From Candidatus Edwardsbacteria bacterium RifOxyA12_full_54_48 (GTDB taxonomy: Bacteria; Edwardsbacteria; AC1; EtOH8), in NCBI GenBank assembly GCA_001777915.1, contig MFFN01000004.1, forward strand, positions 617,744 to 681,743: a stretch of DNA of 64,000 nucleotides, read 5' to 3'. The notes below the pieces were generated by a model that made no database searches, was not told the origin of the DNA, and saw only the letters and a program-made list of their open reading frames with translations. Every line of letters begins with the position of its first letter. Position 1 is the first letter of the stretch. Shown here piece by piece: positions 40,168-49,630 of this stretch. The position numbers and the translations under genes were made by a program.

Positions 40168-41850
40168 CTATTTCTCCTCCACGGCGGTTGAAGCCTCGGC
40201 CTTGGCCAGAAGGGCCTGGTCGATCTCGACCGGATATTTGGCCTTGAGGGAGGTCAGCAGGTCGCCCAGTATGGCCTCCTCCTGGGACTGCCGCAGCTTG
40301 AACTCTATCTCCCGCTGGGACTCCTCGAAGGTCCGCTGTTTGGCCGGGGTCTTCTCGGTGACCTTGATGACGGCGAAATTATTGCGATAGGCAAAGGGGC
40401 GGCTGGGCTGGTTGAGGGCCAGGCCGAAGGCCATCCGGGAAAGCTCCGGAAGTTCGGCGTCGTTGCTCTCCACCCACCGCAGGGCTCCGCCGGAGGCCTT
40501 GGAGGGATCCACCGAACGCTCCCTGGCCAGCTGGGAGAAATCGGCCCCCTTGGACAGCAGGCTGTAGATCTCCTGGGCCTGGGCCATCTCCGGCACGGCG
40601 ATGATGTAAACCAGGGCCTTGGCCGGCTGGTAGAACTCCTTTTTATTTTTCTGATAATACTGCTTGGCCTGATCGGGGCCCAGCAGCACCTTGCCGGAGA
40701 CGTCCTCCCGATAGTAAGCCTCGGCCAGCATATTGTCCCTGGTCCGGCTGAGCTGGTCTTTGACCTTGGGGTTCTGCTCGATGCCCTTGGATTTGGCCCG
40801 GGCCAGCAGCAGGTCGCTGACGATCAGCCCCTCCACCTGTTCCTTCAGGCGGTCGGCCTGGTTCAGGTCCAGGGCCCCGCGCATATAGCGGTTCACGTTA
40901 TCATACAGGGTCTGCACCGTCCAGGAGCCGCCGTTGTAGGTGATGACGGTCTTCTTGAGTTCCTCGGGGGAGGCCTGGGGCAGGGCCGGCAGGGGCTGGC
41001 CGGGGGCCTGCTTGGCGGCCAGGGCCTGGATGATATCGCCCTTGATCTTTATATTGGCGCCATCCCGAAGCTTGGTGATGTATTTATTGGCCAGCTCCCT
41101 GGGCCGGGTGGAGGAGATCTGCTGTTTGATGCGGTCCTTCATTTCTTCGAAAGGCTGAAGCGGCACCTCCCGCAGGGAATCCAGCCGGATGATGTGGAAG
41201 CCGAAGGCGGTCTTTATGGGCTTGCTGGTCTGGCCCGGCTTCATGGAAAAGGCCGCCGCCTGAAATTCCTCGACCATCTTGCCCCAGCCGAACCATCCCA
41301 GGTCGCCGCCACGCTGAGCGGAGCCTCGGTCGACCGATTTGCTGCCGGCCAGCTGGGCGAAATCTCCGCCGCCTTTAAGGGCCTGGGCGACCTCTTTGGC
41401 CTCCTCTTCGGTCTTCACCAGGATATGGCTGGCCTTGGCTTCCTTGCCCAGCCGTTCATAAAATTTCTTGACATCCGAATCGGAGGGCTGGGCCCTTTTG
41501 AGGATCTCGTCCCTGTAAAGCTCCTGCAGCAGGATGTTCTTCTTGAGCTCTTCCAGGTCCTGGACCAGTTTGGGATCCTTGTCCATTCCCCGGGCCACCG
41601 CCTCATTGACCATCAATTTCTGGTCCACCATCCGGTTAAGCAGTTCCTGCTTGCCGGCCAAAACAGCGGCCGAATCGCCGGGGATCATAGGCGGCTTGTA
41701 GGCATCCTGGAACTCGCCCAGGGTTATTTTGCTGCCGCCGACACTGGCGATGGTCTTATTGCGGCTGCTGCACGAGGTTAGCGCTATGGTCAAGCTTAAG
41801 ATCAGGGCGGTAGAAAGCCATCGTTTCATTTTTCTTAAACTCCTTAACAA
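40168..41850 (-). CDS. PpiD/SurA-like periplasmic chaperone with parvulin domains
   Basis: Lipobox 'LTSCSS'. Parvulin cores '…FGFHIIRL…' and '…NFAVIKV…'. 560 aa. Confidence 0.65.
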   Translation of the reverse strand: MLRSLRKMKRWLSTALILSLTIALTSCSSRNKTIASVGGSKITLGEFQDAYKPPMIPGDSAAVLAGKQELLNRMVDQKLMVNEAVARGMDKDPKLVQDLEELKKNILLQELYRDEILKRAQPSDSDVKKFYERLGKEAKASHILVKTEEEAKEVAQALKGGGDFAQLAGSKSVDRGSAQRGGDLGWFGWGKMVEEFQAAAFSMKPGQTSKPIKTAFGFHIIRLDSLREVPLQPFEEMKDRIKQQISSTRPRELANKYITKLRDGANIKIKGDIIQALAAKQAPGQPLPALPQASPEELKKTVITYNGGSWTVQTLYDNVNRYMRGALDLNQADRLKEQVEGLIVSDLLLARAKSKGIEQNPKVKDQLSRTRDNMLAEAYYREDVSGKVLLGPDQAKQYYQKNKKEFYQPAKALVYIIAVPEMAQAQEIYSLLSKGADFSQLARERSVDPSKASGGALRWVESNDAELPELSRMAFGLALNQPSRPFAYRNNFAVIKVTEKTPAKQRTFEESQREIEFKLRQSQEEAILGDLLTSLKAKYPVEIDQALLAKAEASTAVEEK

Positions 41851-42036
41851 TTAGATTGGATTATAAACGGTTATTAAATGCAAAACATCAGTTTATCATA
41901 GTTAAGCGCTGTTTGCAATATGAATTTTTAAAATATTACGACTCCGTGACGGCCGCAGAAATCTATTGAGAAACCGGGGCCGATTCTGTTATAATAAAAG
42001 CCCGTCAACTGTTAAACTTAATAAATGAGGTGACCT

Positions 42037-43758
42037 TTGCGCTGGAGTAAAGCTTTCATACCCACCATCAAGGAGGACCAGGCCGAGGCCGAGATGCAGA
42101 GCCATCAGCTGATGCTGAGATCCGGAATGATCCGCCAACTGACCGCCGGGGTCTACGAATATCTGCCCCTGGGGTGGCGGGTGTTCCTGAAGGTGATGCA
42201 GATAGTCCGGGAGGAGATGAACCGGGCCGGGGCCCAGGAGCTTTTTCTGCCGGCCCTGGCGCCGGCCGAGATCTGGCAGGAGAGCGGGCGGTGGGAGGAT
42301 TTCGGGGACGAGATGTTCCGGGTCAAGGACCGTAAAAAAAGGGACTATGCCCTGTGCCCCACCCACGAGGAGATCATCACCGACCTGGCCCGGGCCAAGC
42401 TTCGTTCCTACCGGGACCTGCCCCAGAACTGGTACCAGATGCAGGTCAAGTTCCGCGACGAGCCCCGGCCCCGCTCCGGGGTGCTCCGGGTGCGGCACTT
42501 CATAATGAAGGACGCCTACAGCATGGACCGGGACCAGGCCGGGCTGGACATCTCCTACCAGGCCATGTACGACGCCTACCACCGTATATTCTCCCGCTGC
42601 GGCATCAAATTCTTCGTGGTGGGGGCCTCCTCGGGGCTGATGGGGGGCAGCGGCTCCCAGGAGTTCATGGTGGCCTCGCCCTCCGGCGAGGATTCCTGCG
42701 CGGTCTGCCCGGCCTGCGGATACGCCGCCAACCTGGAAGTGGCCCAATCCCAGGTCGCCAGCCCGGCCTATCCCGCTGCGGCACTGGCCGAGGTGCCCAC
42801 CCCGGAGAAGCGGACAGTGGAGGAGGTCTGCGGGTTCCTGAAAATTCCCGCCTCGCAGCTGGTCAAGAGCCTGCTATATATGGCGGACGGCCAGCCAGTG
42901 TTCGCCCTGGTCCGGGGCGACGATGAATTGAACGAGTCCAAGCTCCAGACGGCCCTGGGGTCTGGCAACTTCCGTCCGGCCACCCCGGAGGAGGTGCTTA
43001 AAACAACCCAGGCCAATGTGGGTTTCATCTCCCCGGTGGGGATCGACGGCATAAAAGTGCTGGCCGACCTGGCTCTGCAGGGCGCCCAGGGCATGGTCTC
43101 CGGCGCCAATAAGGACCACCATCACCTGAGCGGCATCGACCTGGCCCGCGACGTCAAGGTGGAGAGATATGCCGATCTCCGGATGGTCAGGGCCGAGGAG
43201 CCCTGCATAAAATGCGGCCAGCCGCTGATCGTCACCCAGGCCATCGAGCTGGGGCACGTCTTCAAGCTGGGCACCAAGTATTCCCAGGCATTAAAGGCCA
43301 ATTTCGTGGACGAGGACGGCAGCGAAAAACCGCTGGTGATGGGCTCCTACGGCATCGGGATCGAGCGGGTGGCGGCCTGCATCATCGAGCAGAGCCACGA
43401 CCAGTCGGGCATCATCTGGCCGCTGGCGGTGGCGCCCTATCAGGTGATCATCAGCCAGCTGGGCGGGCCGGGCACCGAATCGGCCAAGGTTTCGGAATCC
43501 CTGTATAATGAACTGCAGGACGCCCGGTTCGAGGTCCTGCTGGACGACCGCGAGGAGCGGCCGGGCTTCAAGTTCAAGGACGCCGACCTGACCGGAATTC
43601 CCATCCGCATCAACGTGGGCGAGAAGAGCCTGCGGGAGGGGCTGGTGGAGATCAAACAGCGCCGGGACGGGCAGGTGTTCAAAGTGCGCCCCGAGGAGGT
43701 GCGCCGCAAGATCCAGGAGCTGACCTCGGTGGAGATGTGGCCGCTGAAGCAGCAGTAG
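42037..43758 (+). CDS. proS: Proline--tRNA ligase (bacterial type with INS editing domain)
   Basis: 'AFIPTIKEDQAEAEMQSHQLMLRSGMIRQLTAGVYEYLPLGWRV' is the ProRS N-terminus. Class II motifs present. Editing insertion and C-terminal anticodon domain present. Confidence 0.9.
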   Translation: MRWSKAFIPTIKEDQAEAEMQSHQLMLRSGMIRQLTAGVYEYLPLGWRVFLKVMQIVREEMNRAGAQELFLPALAPAEIWQESGRWEDFGDEMFRVKDRKKRDYALCPTHEEIITDLARAKLRSYRDLPQNWYQMQVKFRDEPRPRSGVLRVRHFIMKDAYSMDRDQAGLDISYQAMYDAYHRIFSRCGIKFFVVGASSGLMGGSGSQEFMVASPSGEDSCAVCPACGYAANLEVAQSQVASPAYPAAALAEVPTPEKRTVEEVCGFLKIPASQLVKSLLYMADGQPVFALVRGDDELNESKLQTALGSGNFRPATPEEVLKTTQANVGFISPVGIDGIKVLADLALQGAQGMVSGANKDHHHLSGIDLARDVKVERYADLRMVRAEEPCIKCGQPLIVTQAIELGHVFKLGTKYSQALKANFVDEDGSEKPLVMGSYGIGIERVAACIIEQSHDQSGIIWPLAVAPYQVIISQLGGPGTESAKVSESLYNELQDARFEVLLDDREERPGFKFKDADLTGIPIRINVGEKSLREGLVEIKQRRDGQVFKVRPEEVRRKIQELTSVEMWPLKQQ

Positions 43759-43844
43759 GTGTTCATTTAATTTATTCATATTCACCAATTTTTTTTGGTA
43801 AGTTGGATATTCCGACAGAGGGCGCTATAAAACATATTAGAAAA

Positions 43845-43873
43845 GGCTGGGACTATGCCCCGGCCTTTTTTCT
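43845..43873 (+). terminator. Rho-independent terminator after proS
   Basis: aggctggg-actatg-ccccggcct followed by ttttttc. Confidence 0.5.
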
Positions 43874-43918
43874 TTCCTGCCGGGGTAATTGCATTTCCCG
43901 GCAACGCTGTGGTAATAT

Positions 43919-44671
43919 ATGTCCATGGAGTTTTCACCCCATCTCATCGAAGCAATAAAAAAGGCCCGGAGCTGTCTGGTCCTGACCGGGGCCGGGGTCT
44001 CGGCCGAGAGCGGCCTGCAGACCTTCCGGGGCATGCAGGGTTTATGGGATGATTTCGATCCCATGAAACTGGCCACCCCGGAGGCCTTCGCCTGCGAGCC
44101 GAAAAAGGTCTGGGAATGGTACCAGTGGCGCCGGGAGAAACTGCCGCTGGTCCAGCCCAACCCTGCTCATAAGGCCATCGCGGAGATGGAAAGATATTTC
44201 GACGATTTTCTGCTGGTCACCCAGAACATAGACGGCCTGCATCAACGGGCCGGCAGCACCAAGATGGTGGAGCTGCACGGAAATCTCAACCGCAACAAGT
44301 GCTCCCGCTGCGGCCTGATGATAGAGACCCTGCCGGCCTCCGACGAGATCCCGCCCCGCTGTCAGTGCGGCGGGCGCATTCGTCCGGACGTGGTCTGGTT
44401 CGGCGAGATGCTGCCGGAGGCGGTCCTCAGGCAAGCCTGGCGGGCGGCCGAGAATGCCGACCTGTTCCTTTCGATGGGCACCTCCTCGGTGGTCCAGCCG
44501 GCGGCCTCCCTGGGACTGGTGGCCAAAAATAACGGGGCGGTCTTGATCGAGGTGAACCTGGAGAAAACTGAACTGAGCGGCATTTTCGACCAGGTCTTTT
44601 TGGGGAAGGGCGGCCAGGTAATGCCTTCGATCCTGGAGGAGATCATAAAGGCCAAGGCCGGCGGGAACTGA
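43919..44671 (+). CDS. cobB: NAD-dependent protein deacylase (Sir2 family)
   Basis: 'LTGAGVSAESGLQTFRG' Rossmann motif, 'QNIDGLH', and the Zn ribbon C-x2-C…C-x2-C (CSRCG…CQCGG). Confidence 0.8.
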   Translation: MSMEFSPHLIEAIKKARSCLVLTGAGVSAESGLQTFRGMQGLWDDFDPMKLATPEAFACEPKKVWEWYQWRREKLPLVQPNPAHKAIAEMERYFDDFLLVTQNIDGLHQRAGSTKMVELHGNLNRNKCSRCGLMIETLPASDEIPPRCQCGGRIRPDVVWFGEMLPEAVLRQAWRAAENADLFLSMGTSSVVQPAASLGLVAKNNGAVLIEVNLEKTELSGIFDQVFLGKGGQVMPSILEEIIKAKAGGN

Positions 44672-44727
44672 ATGATTGGCAATGGTTTTGCAACGCTCAA
44701 GGGCTGGCTGTCGGCCTAAGTATTGTA

Positions 44728-44756
44728 TTGACAGGGCCGGCTTTTTGTAATAATAT
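44728..44756 (+). promoter_or_regulatory. Canonical sigma70 promoter (TTGACA-N17-TAATAT) upstream of the first GWxTD gene
   Basis: ttgacagggccggctttttgtaataatat read directly from the sequence. Confidence 0.45.
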
Positions 44757-44809
44757 GAAGATAAGATTTTCAGGGCCCGGGTCCATCACTGATGACGGGG
44801 GTGGCCGAT

Positions 44810-46282
44810 ATGAATCGGAAAGTCTTGAAAAATTCTTGGAGCAGCGGCAGGCATCAGCGCCTGATCTTTACGATGTCCGGCCTGATGCTTTTTATGTTTG
44901 CTGGATGCGCCACCACCTCTTTTTGGCAAAAATGGGATCAAACGGAACAGAAAAGATATTTCGGCCTTACTTTCATCGAGGGCGATTCCATCCCGGCCAG
45001 GTACCGCAGCATCCCGGATCAGGAATCGCGGGACGCTTGGTATAAGCTGTATTGGGCGGTAAAAGATCCGGAGGGATGGTTGCTGCCCCAGCACCAGGCC
45101 AGGCTGGACAAGGCCTGGAACGAATACGGCGGCAAAATGTTCTTTCGGGATGACCGCAGCCGCATCCTGGTAAGGTACGGCCCGCCGGAAAGCCAGGCCG
45201 GCAACCAGCCCTTCAGGCATGCCCTGGGCTCGGAGCGGCTGGCCGGAGGGGAATACATAAAGGAAAGAACCTGGATGATCTGGGAATATCCCTCCCAGGG
45301 CCGCTATTACGATTTTCTGCTGAACCACAGCCGCTTTGAACTTATTGCCGCCACCTTCAGCGACAAGATGCATCCGGTGGCCTATTTTTCGGCCGACTCT
45401 GGCGGAAGGCGAACCGGGACATCCCCCAGGGCGGAGAGACCGCTGGATTGCGGTCATGGCCGGTTCAGGTCGGCCGACGGCAGCAAGGTCCGCTGGGAGA
45501 TATATTGGCGGATCCCGGCGGCAGAGTACAAACAGCATGGTCAGGATAAAAGATATTCAGGTATATTCCAGCTGTATGGCAATGACAAATTGATCTCCAG
45601 CGACACGGTGGATTATGCCATTAAATATACCGGGGAGGAGCTGCTGCTGCCCCGGGCCTACGGCCAGAGAAATTTAGATCTGATACCAGGGCGGTACAAA
45701 ATGAAAATAGAGTTGATCCCCCAGCCCGGCGACACGGTTTATACCGGCGAGATGGAGGCCGAGCTGGTGGGATACCGTTCCGGGGTCCGGGAGGCCAGCG
45801 ATGTCGAGATGGCTGTTCTGCAGGACAGCAGCTATGTCTCCTCCGATTTCCGCAAAGGGAAATTCCGCAGAATAATGCCGGCGGTCTCGGAAAAAATTAA
45901 CCGGGGCCAGCCCTTCTACGTTTATTACGAGATTTACAGCCTGAGCATCAATTCATCAGGCGAACATCAGGCGGCCGTGGGACACGGGATATTTTTAAGC
46001 GATACCACCGGGGTGCTTAAAGAATGCATCGTCGATACCAGGGACCTGTTCTACCAGGATAAAGGTGATCAGTTGGATGCCTGCCACAAGGTGCATCCCA
46101 TGGGCCTGGAGCCGGGAGAATACATACTGGTGATCGACGTCAAGGACCTGATCTCGGGAAGGATCAGCAAGATAACCCATCCCTTCCAGATAACTGGCGC
46201 TCCCGGTGACCGGATCATGGCGGATAAAAAAAATACCACCCTGCCGGTGTATGCCCCTCCCAAATCTCCGCTGAGGTATTGA
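44810..46282 (+). CDS. GWxTD-domain lipoprotein (paralog 1)
   Basis: Lipobox LMLFMFAGCA. 'GWLLPQ…RDDRSRILVRYGPPE' region matches GWxTD-family conservation. Start could be 44792. Confidence 0.55.
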   Translation: MNRKVLKNSWSSGRHQRLIFTMSGLMLFMFAGCATTSFWQKWDQTEQKRYFGLTFIEGDSIPARYRSIPDQESRDAWYKLYWAVKDPEGWLLPQHQARLDKAWNEYGGKMFFRDDRSRILVRYGPPESQAGNQPFRHALGSERLAGGEYIKERTWMIWEYPSQGRYYDFLLNHSRFELIAATFSDKMHPVAYFSADSGGRRTGTSPRAERPLDCGHGRFRSADGSKVRWEIYWRIPAAEYKQHGQDKRYSGIFQLYGNDKLISSDTVDYAIKYTGEELLLPRAYGQRNLDLIPGRYKMKIELIPQPGDTVYTGEMEAELVGYRSGVREASDVEMAVLQDSSYVSSDFRKGKFRRIMPAVSEKINRGQPFYVYYEIYSLSINSSGEHQAAVGHGIFLSDTTGVLKECIVDTRDLFYQDKGDQLDACHKVHPMGLEPGEYILVIDVKDLISGRISKITHPFQITGAPGDRIMADKKNTTLPVYAPPKSPLRY

Positions 46283-46286
46283 TAAG

Positions 46287-47717
46287 ATGAAATATCGCAG
46301 CCCCTTATATTTCATGGCCTTTGCCTTGGCATTGATGGGCGGATGCGCCACTCTGAATTATCAAAAAGTACCCAAACCGGAGCGTAAAAGATATTTTGAG
46401 CTGGCGGCCGTCTCCTCCCAAAAAGCGGCCGATGAATATGCCGCCCTGGCCGATTCAACCGACCGGGAGATGTTCTGGCGGAAATTCTGGAAGGAGAAGG
46501 ACCCCACCCCCACCACCCAGGGCAATGAAAGATACGACGAACATTTGCGCCGGGTGGCCTACGCCGACACCTTCTTCCCCCAGCTCATCACCTTTTGGGA
46601 CGACCGGGGGAGGACATATATCAGATACGGCGAGCCGGACTACCGGGAAGTGAATCCCATGGGGGATGCCTTGTACGGCCATGATCCCTTTGATGTTAGC
46701 ATTGATGCAGACATTGAAAAAGGATCGCGCCGAAAGATTTCCGGCACCTACGGCTGGGAGAAGTGGACCTATAGCCAGCTGGCCCAGACCTTCTCCTTTC
46801 TCCAAAGGGACGTGGGATATTTTTTGGTCAGGGACCTGGATGCCGCCAAAAGCGGTATCGCTGCGGCCACCATAATGTCTATGCAGGCCATTGATGCCCC
46901 GATGCCGACCCTGTCCGATACCATGGCCTCCGATTTATACCGGCATGACTACGGACAGCCGCTGAATTTTCCCTTCGACCTAGCCAGGTTCGCCGCCCGG
47001 GGAAAAGCCGAGGTGTGGATAAGCTACAGCATCCCCCTGGGGAAGATAGATTATGATACGGCAGACGGCCGGGGTCTCTTGAACAGAAGCATCGTGATAT
47101 TTGATGAAAAGATGGCGGAGGTCGGCTGGGAAGAAAGCGTGCTTGCCCCCCAAGGGCCGGGAGGCGCAGTAAAAGGGGACGAGCTCCAGGCAGTGGATCT
47201 GGTCAAATTCAGCCTAAACCCGGGCGGGTACACCATGGCCATCAGTTTGATGGACCTTAATTCCGGGAAGACCGGGATATACAAATATAAGTTCTCGGTG
47301 ATCGATTATAAAACCGGGGCCGAGGAGACCAGCGATCTGCTGCTGTGCAGCGATATCCGGCAGGACAGCAGCCAAGGGAGATTCAGCAAAGGGGGATACC
47401 GGCTGATACCCCAGCCCGGGAAGTCCTTTAAAAAGGACCGGGATATATATTTCTATTGCGAGTTATATAATATAAAATACTCTCCGGCCGAACCCCGGAT
47501 GTTGCGGGTCAGACACCTGATATTTCCCAAAAAGGGAAACAAGGTCATGGCATCCCAGCCGGTATTGATCCGGGCCGGCAGCGAAACGCTGGCGCTGACC
47601 AGCGGCATAGCAACCGGGGACCTGCCGGCAGGGGATTATATCCTGGTGGTCGAGATCTGGGATCAAGATAACGGAAAAGTAAAAAATGTGGCGACCTCCT
47701 TCCGGATCCATAAGTAA
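46287..47717 (+). CDS. GWxTD-domain lipoprotein (paralog 2)
   Basis: Lipobox LMGGCA. 'TFWDDRGRTYIRYGEPDYRE' is a GWxTD-type motif. Tandem paralog of the upstream gene. Confidence 0.6.
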   Translation: MKYRSPLYFMAFALALMGGCATLNYQKVPKPERKRYFELAAVSSQKAADEYAALADSTDREMFWRKFWKEKDPTPTTQGNERYDEHLRRVAYADTFFPQLITFWDDRGRTYIRYGEPDYREVNPMGDALYGHDPFDVSIDADIEKGSRRKISGTYGWEKWTYSQLAQTFSFLQRDVGYFLVRDLDAAKSGIAAATIMSMQAIDAPMPTLSDTMASDLYRHDYGQPLNFPFDLARFAARGKAEVWISYSIPLGKIDYDTADGRGLLNRSIVIFDEKMAEVGWEESVLAPQGPGGAVKGDELQAVDLVKFSLNPGGYTMAISLMDLNSGKTGIYKYKFSVIDYKTGAEETSDLLLCSDIRQDSSQGRFSKGGYRLIPQPGKSFKKDRDIYFYCELYNIKYSPAEPRMLRVRHLIFPKKGNKVMASQPVLIRAGSETLALTSGIATGDLPAGDYILVVEIWDQDNGKVKNVATSFRIHK

Positions 47718-47737
47718 TGATTGGACGAAATCCCTTC

Positions 47738-47767
47738 TTGACAAGGATGTTGCCATAGTTGTATATT
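47738..47767 (+). promoter_or_regulatory. Sigma70-like promoter (TTGACA-N18-TATATT) upstream of the small basic ORF
   Basis: ttgacaaggatgttgccatagttgtatatt read directly from the sequence. Confidence 0.4.
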
Positions 47768-47813
47768 AATACCGGTAAACCGATAACTATAACAATCAGC
47801 TACAGGAGCGAAC

Positions 47814-47945
47814 ATGGCCAGGAGCAAGAATAAACAGAAAAAGAAAAGTCTGGATTTCAAGAGAAAACGAACCCGCCGTATCCAGAGGAAAAAAGCCATC
47901 ACGGCGGTAGCCGGCGGAATCAACAAGGCGTCAGCCAAAAAGTAA
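47814..47945 (+). CDS. Small highly basic protein (43 aa; MARSKNKQKKKSLDFKRKRTRRIQRKKAITAVAGGINKASAKK). Not in the supplied ORF track because it is under 60 aa.
   Basis: AGGAG RBS 5 nt upstream of the ATG and a canonical promoter upstream. 21 of 43 residues are K/R. Translated by hand from the sequence. Confidence 0.35.
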   Translation: MARSKNKQKKKSLDFKRKRTRRIQRKKAITAVAGGINKASAKK

Positions 47946-48039
47946 ATCCGGCCGGCGCCGTCAGCAGCCCCATAAAATACAGCGGCTGGCTTCGATAAGC
48001 CGGCCGCCGGAATTTCCAACGTTTTTTAGGAGACAGGAC

Positions 48040-48345
48040 ATGGCCATTGCCGAGATCACCCTCGTGCCGGTGGGCACCGGGAGTCCCAGCGTTTCCAGTT
48101 TTGTGGTGGACACCATCAAGCTGGCAAAAAGCACCGGGCTGAAGCTGGAGATAACCTCCATGGGCACCAATATCGAGGGCCCGCTGGAAGATATTCTGGC
48201 CGTGGCCCAGGCCATGCATCAGCGCTGCCTTTCCACCGGGGCCGAACGGGTGTTCACCTCCATCAAGATCGACGACCGCAGGGACAAGCCGGTCACCATC
48301 GAAGGAAAGCGGGCCCGGGTGGTGGAGGGGCTCAAGAAAAAATAA
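48040..48345 (+). CDS. MTH1187/YkoF-family (DUF77) thiamine-binding-like protein
   Basis: 'AIAEITLVPVGTGSPSVSSFV…' is a ferredoxin-like split beta-alpha-beta fold sequence typical of the family. ~100 aa. Confidence 0.65.
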   Translation: MAIAEITLVPVGTGSPSVSSFVVDTIKLAKSTGLKLEITSMGTNIEGPLEDILAVAQAMHQRCLSTGAERVFTSIKIDDRRDKPVTIEGKRARVVEGLKKK

Positions 48346-48374
48346 TTCCCGACGCAGCTGTTTCACTTAGGGTA

Positions 48375-49574
48375 ATGAAAATGGAACATATCTATCTTGA
48401 TCACAACGCCACCACGCCGGTGCGGCCCGAGGTCCTGCAGGCCATGCTTCCCTTTTACGGCCCCGAGTACGGGAACCCCTCCAGCATCCATTGGCTGGGC
48501 CGCGAGGCCCGCCAGTCCATCGAGAAATCCCGGGAACAGGTGGCGGCGGCCCTGGCCTGCGATCCCTCGGAGGTGGTCTTCACCGGCTCCGGGACCGAGT
48601 CCGACAACCAGGCCATCAAGGGGGCGGTCTTTGCCAACCGGGACCGGGGCGACCACATCATCACCACCAGGATCGAGCATCATGCGGTGCTCCACAGCTT
48701 TGAGTACCTGCAAAAACATTTCAACATCCGGACCACCTTTCTGGGGGTGGACCGATACGGCCTGGTGGATCCCGAAGAACTGCGACGGACGATAAACCAG
48801 AAGACCATACTGGTCTCGGTGATGCAGGCCAACAACGAGGTCGGCACCATCCAGCCCCTGCCGGAGCTGGCCGATATCTGCCGGGAGAACAAGGCGTTGT
48901 TTCACAGCGATGCCGTCCAGGCCTTCGGCAAACTGGAGACGGATGTGAAAACCCTGGGGGTGGATCTGCTGTCGGTATCGGCCCACAAAATATACGGCCC
49001 CAAGGGGACCGGGGCGCTGTATGTCAAAAAGGGAACCCGCCTGCATCCCCTGATCCACGGGGGCGGGCACGAGAGGAACCGCCGGGCCGGCACCGAGAAC
49101 GCCGCCGGGATCGTAGGGCTGGGGGCGGCCTCCGAGCTGGCGGCCGGCGAAAGGCTGGCCCAATGGGACCGCCTGACCGCCCTGCGGGAAAGATTGTGGC
49201 GGGGCATCGAGCGGAACATCCCCCATGTCCGGCGGAACGGGCATCCGGAAAAATCGCTGCCCGGCACCCTGAATGTCTCATTCGAATACGTCGAGGGGGA
49301 GGGCATCCTGCTGTCGCTGGACATGAAGGGGATCGCGGCCTCCTCCGGCTCGGCCTGCACCTCCGGCAGCCTGGAGCCGTCCCATGTGCTGGCGGCCATG
49401 GGCGTGCCCACCGAGATCGCCCAGGGGTCATTGCGTTTTTCCCTGGGAAGGGACAACACCGAACAACAGATGGATTACGCCGTGGAGGTGCTGGCCCAGG
49501 CGGTGGCCCGCTTGCGGGAGATGTCGCCCATCGCCCCCCGGGCATCCTGCGGCATCGAGGGCAAATCCAGCTGA
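48375..49574 (+). CDS. iscS: Cysteine desulfurase (NifS/IscS class V aminotransferase)
   Basis: 'IYLDHNATTP' start, 'SAHKIYGPKG' (PLP Lys), and the active-site Cys loop 'SSGSACTSGSLEPSHVL'. Confidence 0.85.
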   Translation: MKMEHIYLDHNATTPVRPEVLQAMLPFYGPEYGNPSSIHWLGREARQSIEKSREQVAAALACDPSEVVFTGSGTESDNQAIKGAVFANRDRGDHIITTRIEHHAVLHSFEYLQKHFNIRTTFLGVDRYGLVDPEELRRTINQKTILVSVMQANNEVGTIQPLPELADICRENKALFHSDAVQAFGKLETDVKTLGVDLLSVSAHKIYGPKGTGALYVKKGTRLHPLIHGGGHERNRRAGTENAAGIVGLGAASELAAGERLAQWDRLTALRERLWRGIERNIPHVRRNGHPEKSLPGTLNVSFEYVEGEGILLSLDMKGIAASSGSACTSGSLEPSHVLAAMGVPTEIAQGSLRFSLGRDNTEQQMDYAVEVLAQAVARLREMSPIAPRASCGIEGKSS

Positions 49575-49630
49575 GCTGTTTGACCCAAAGATTTTTAACA
49601 GGCCATCATCAATATCAGATGAGGTAAGTT

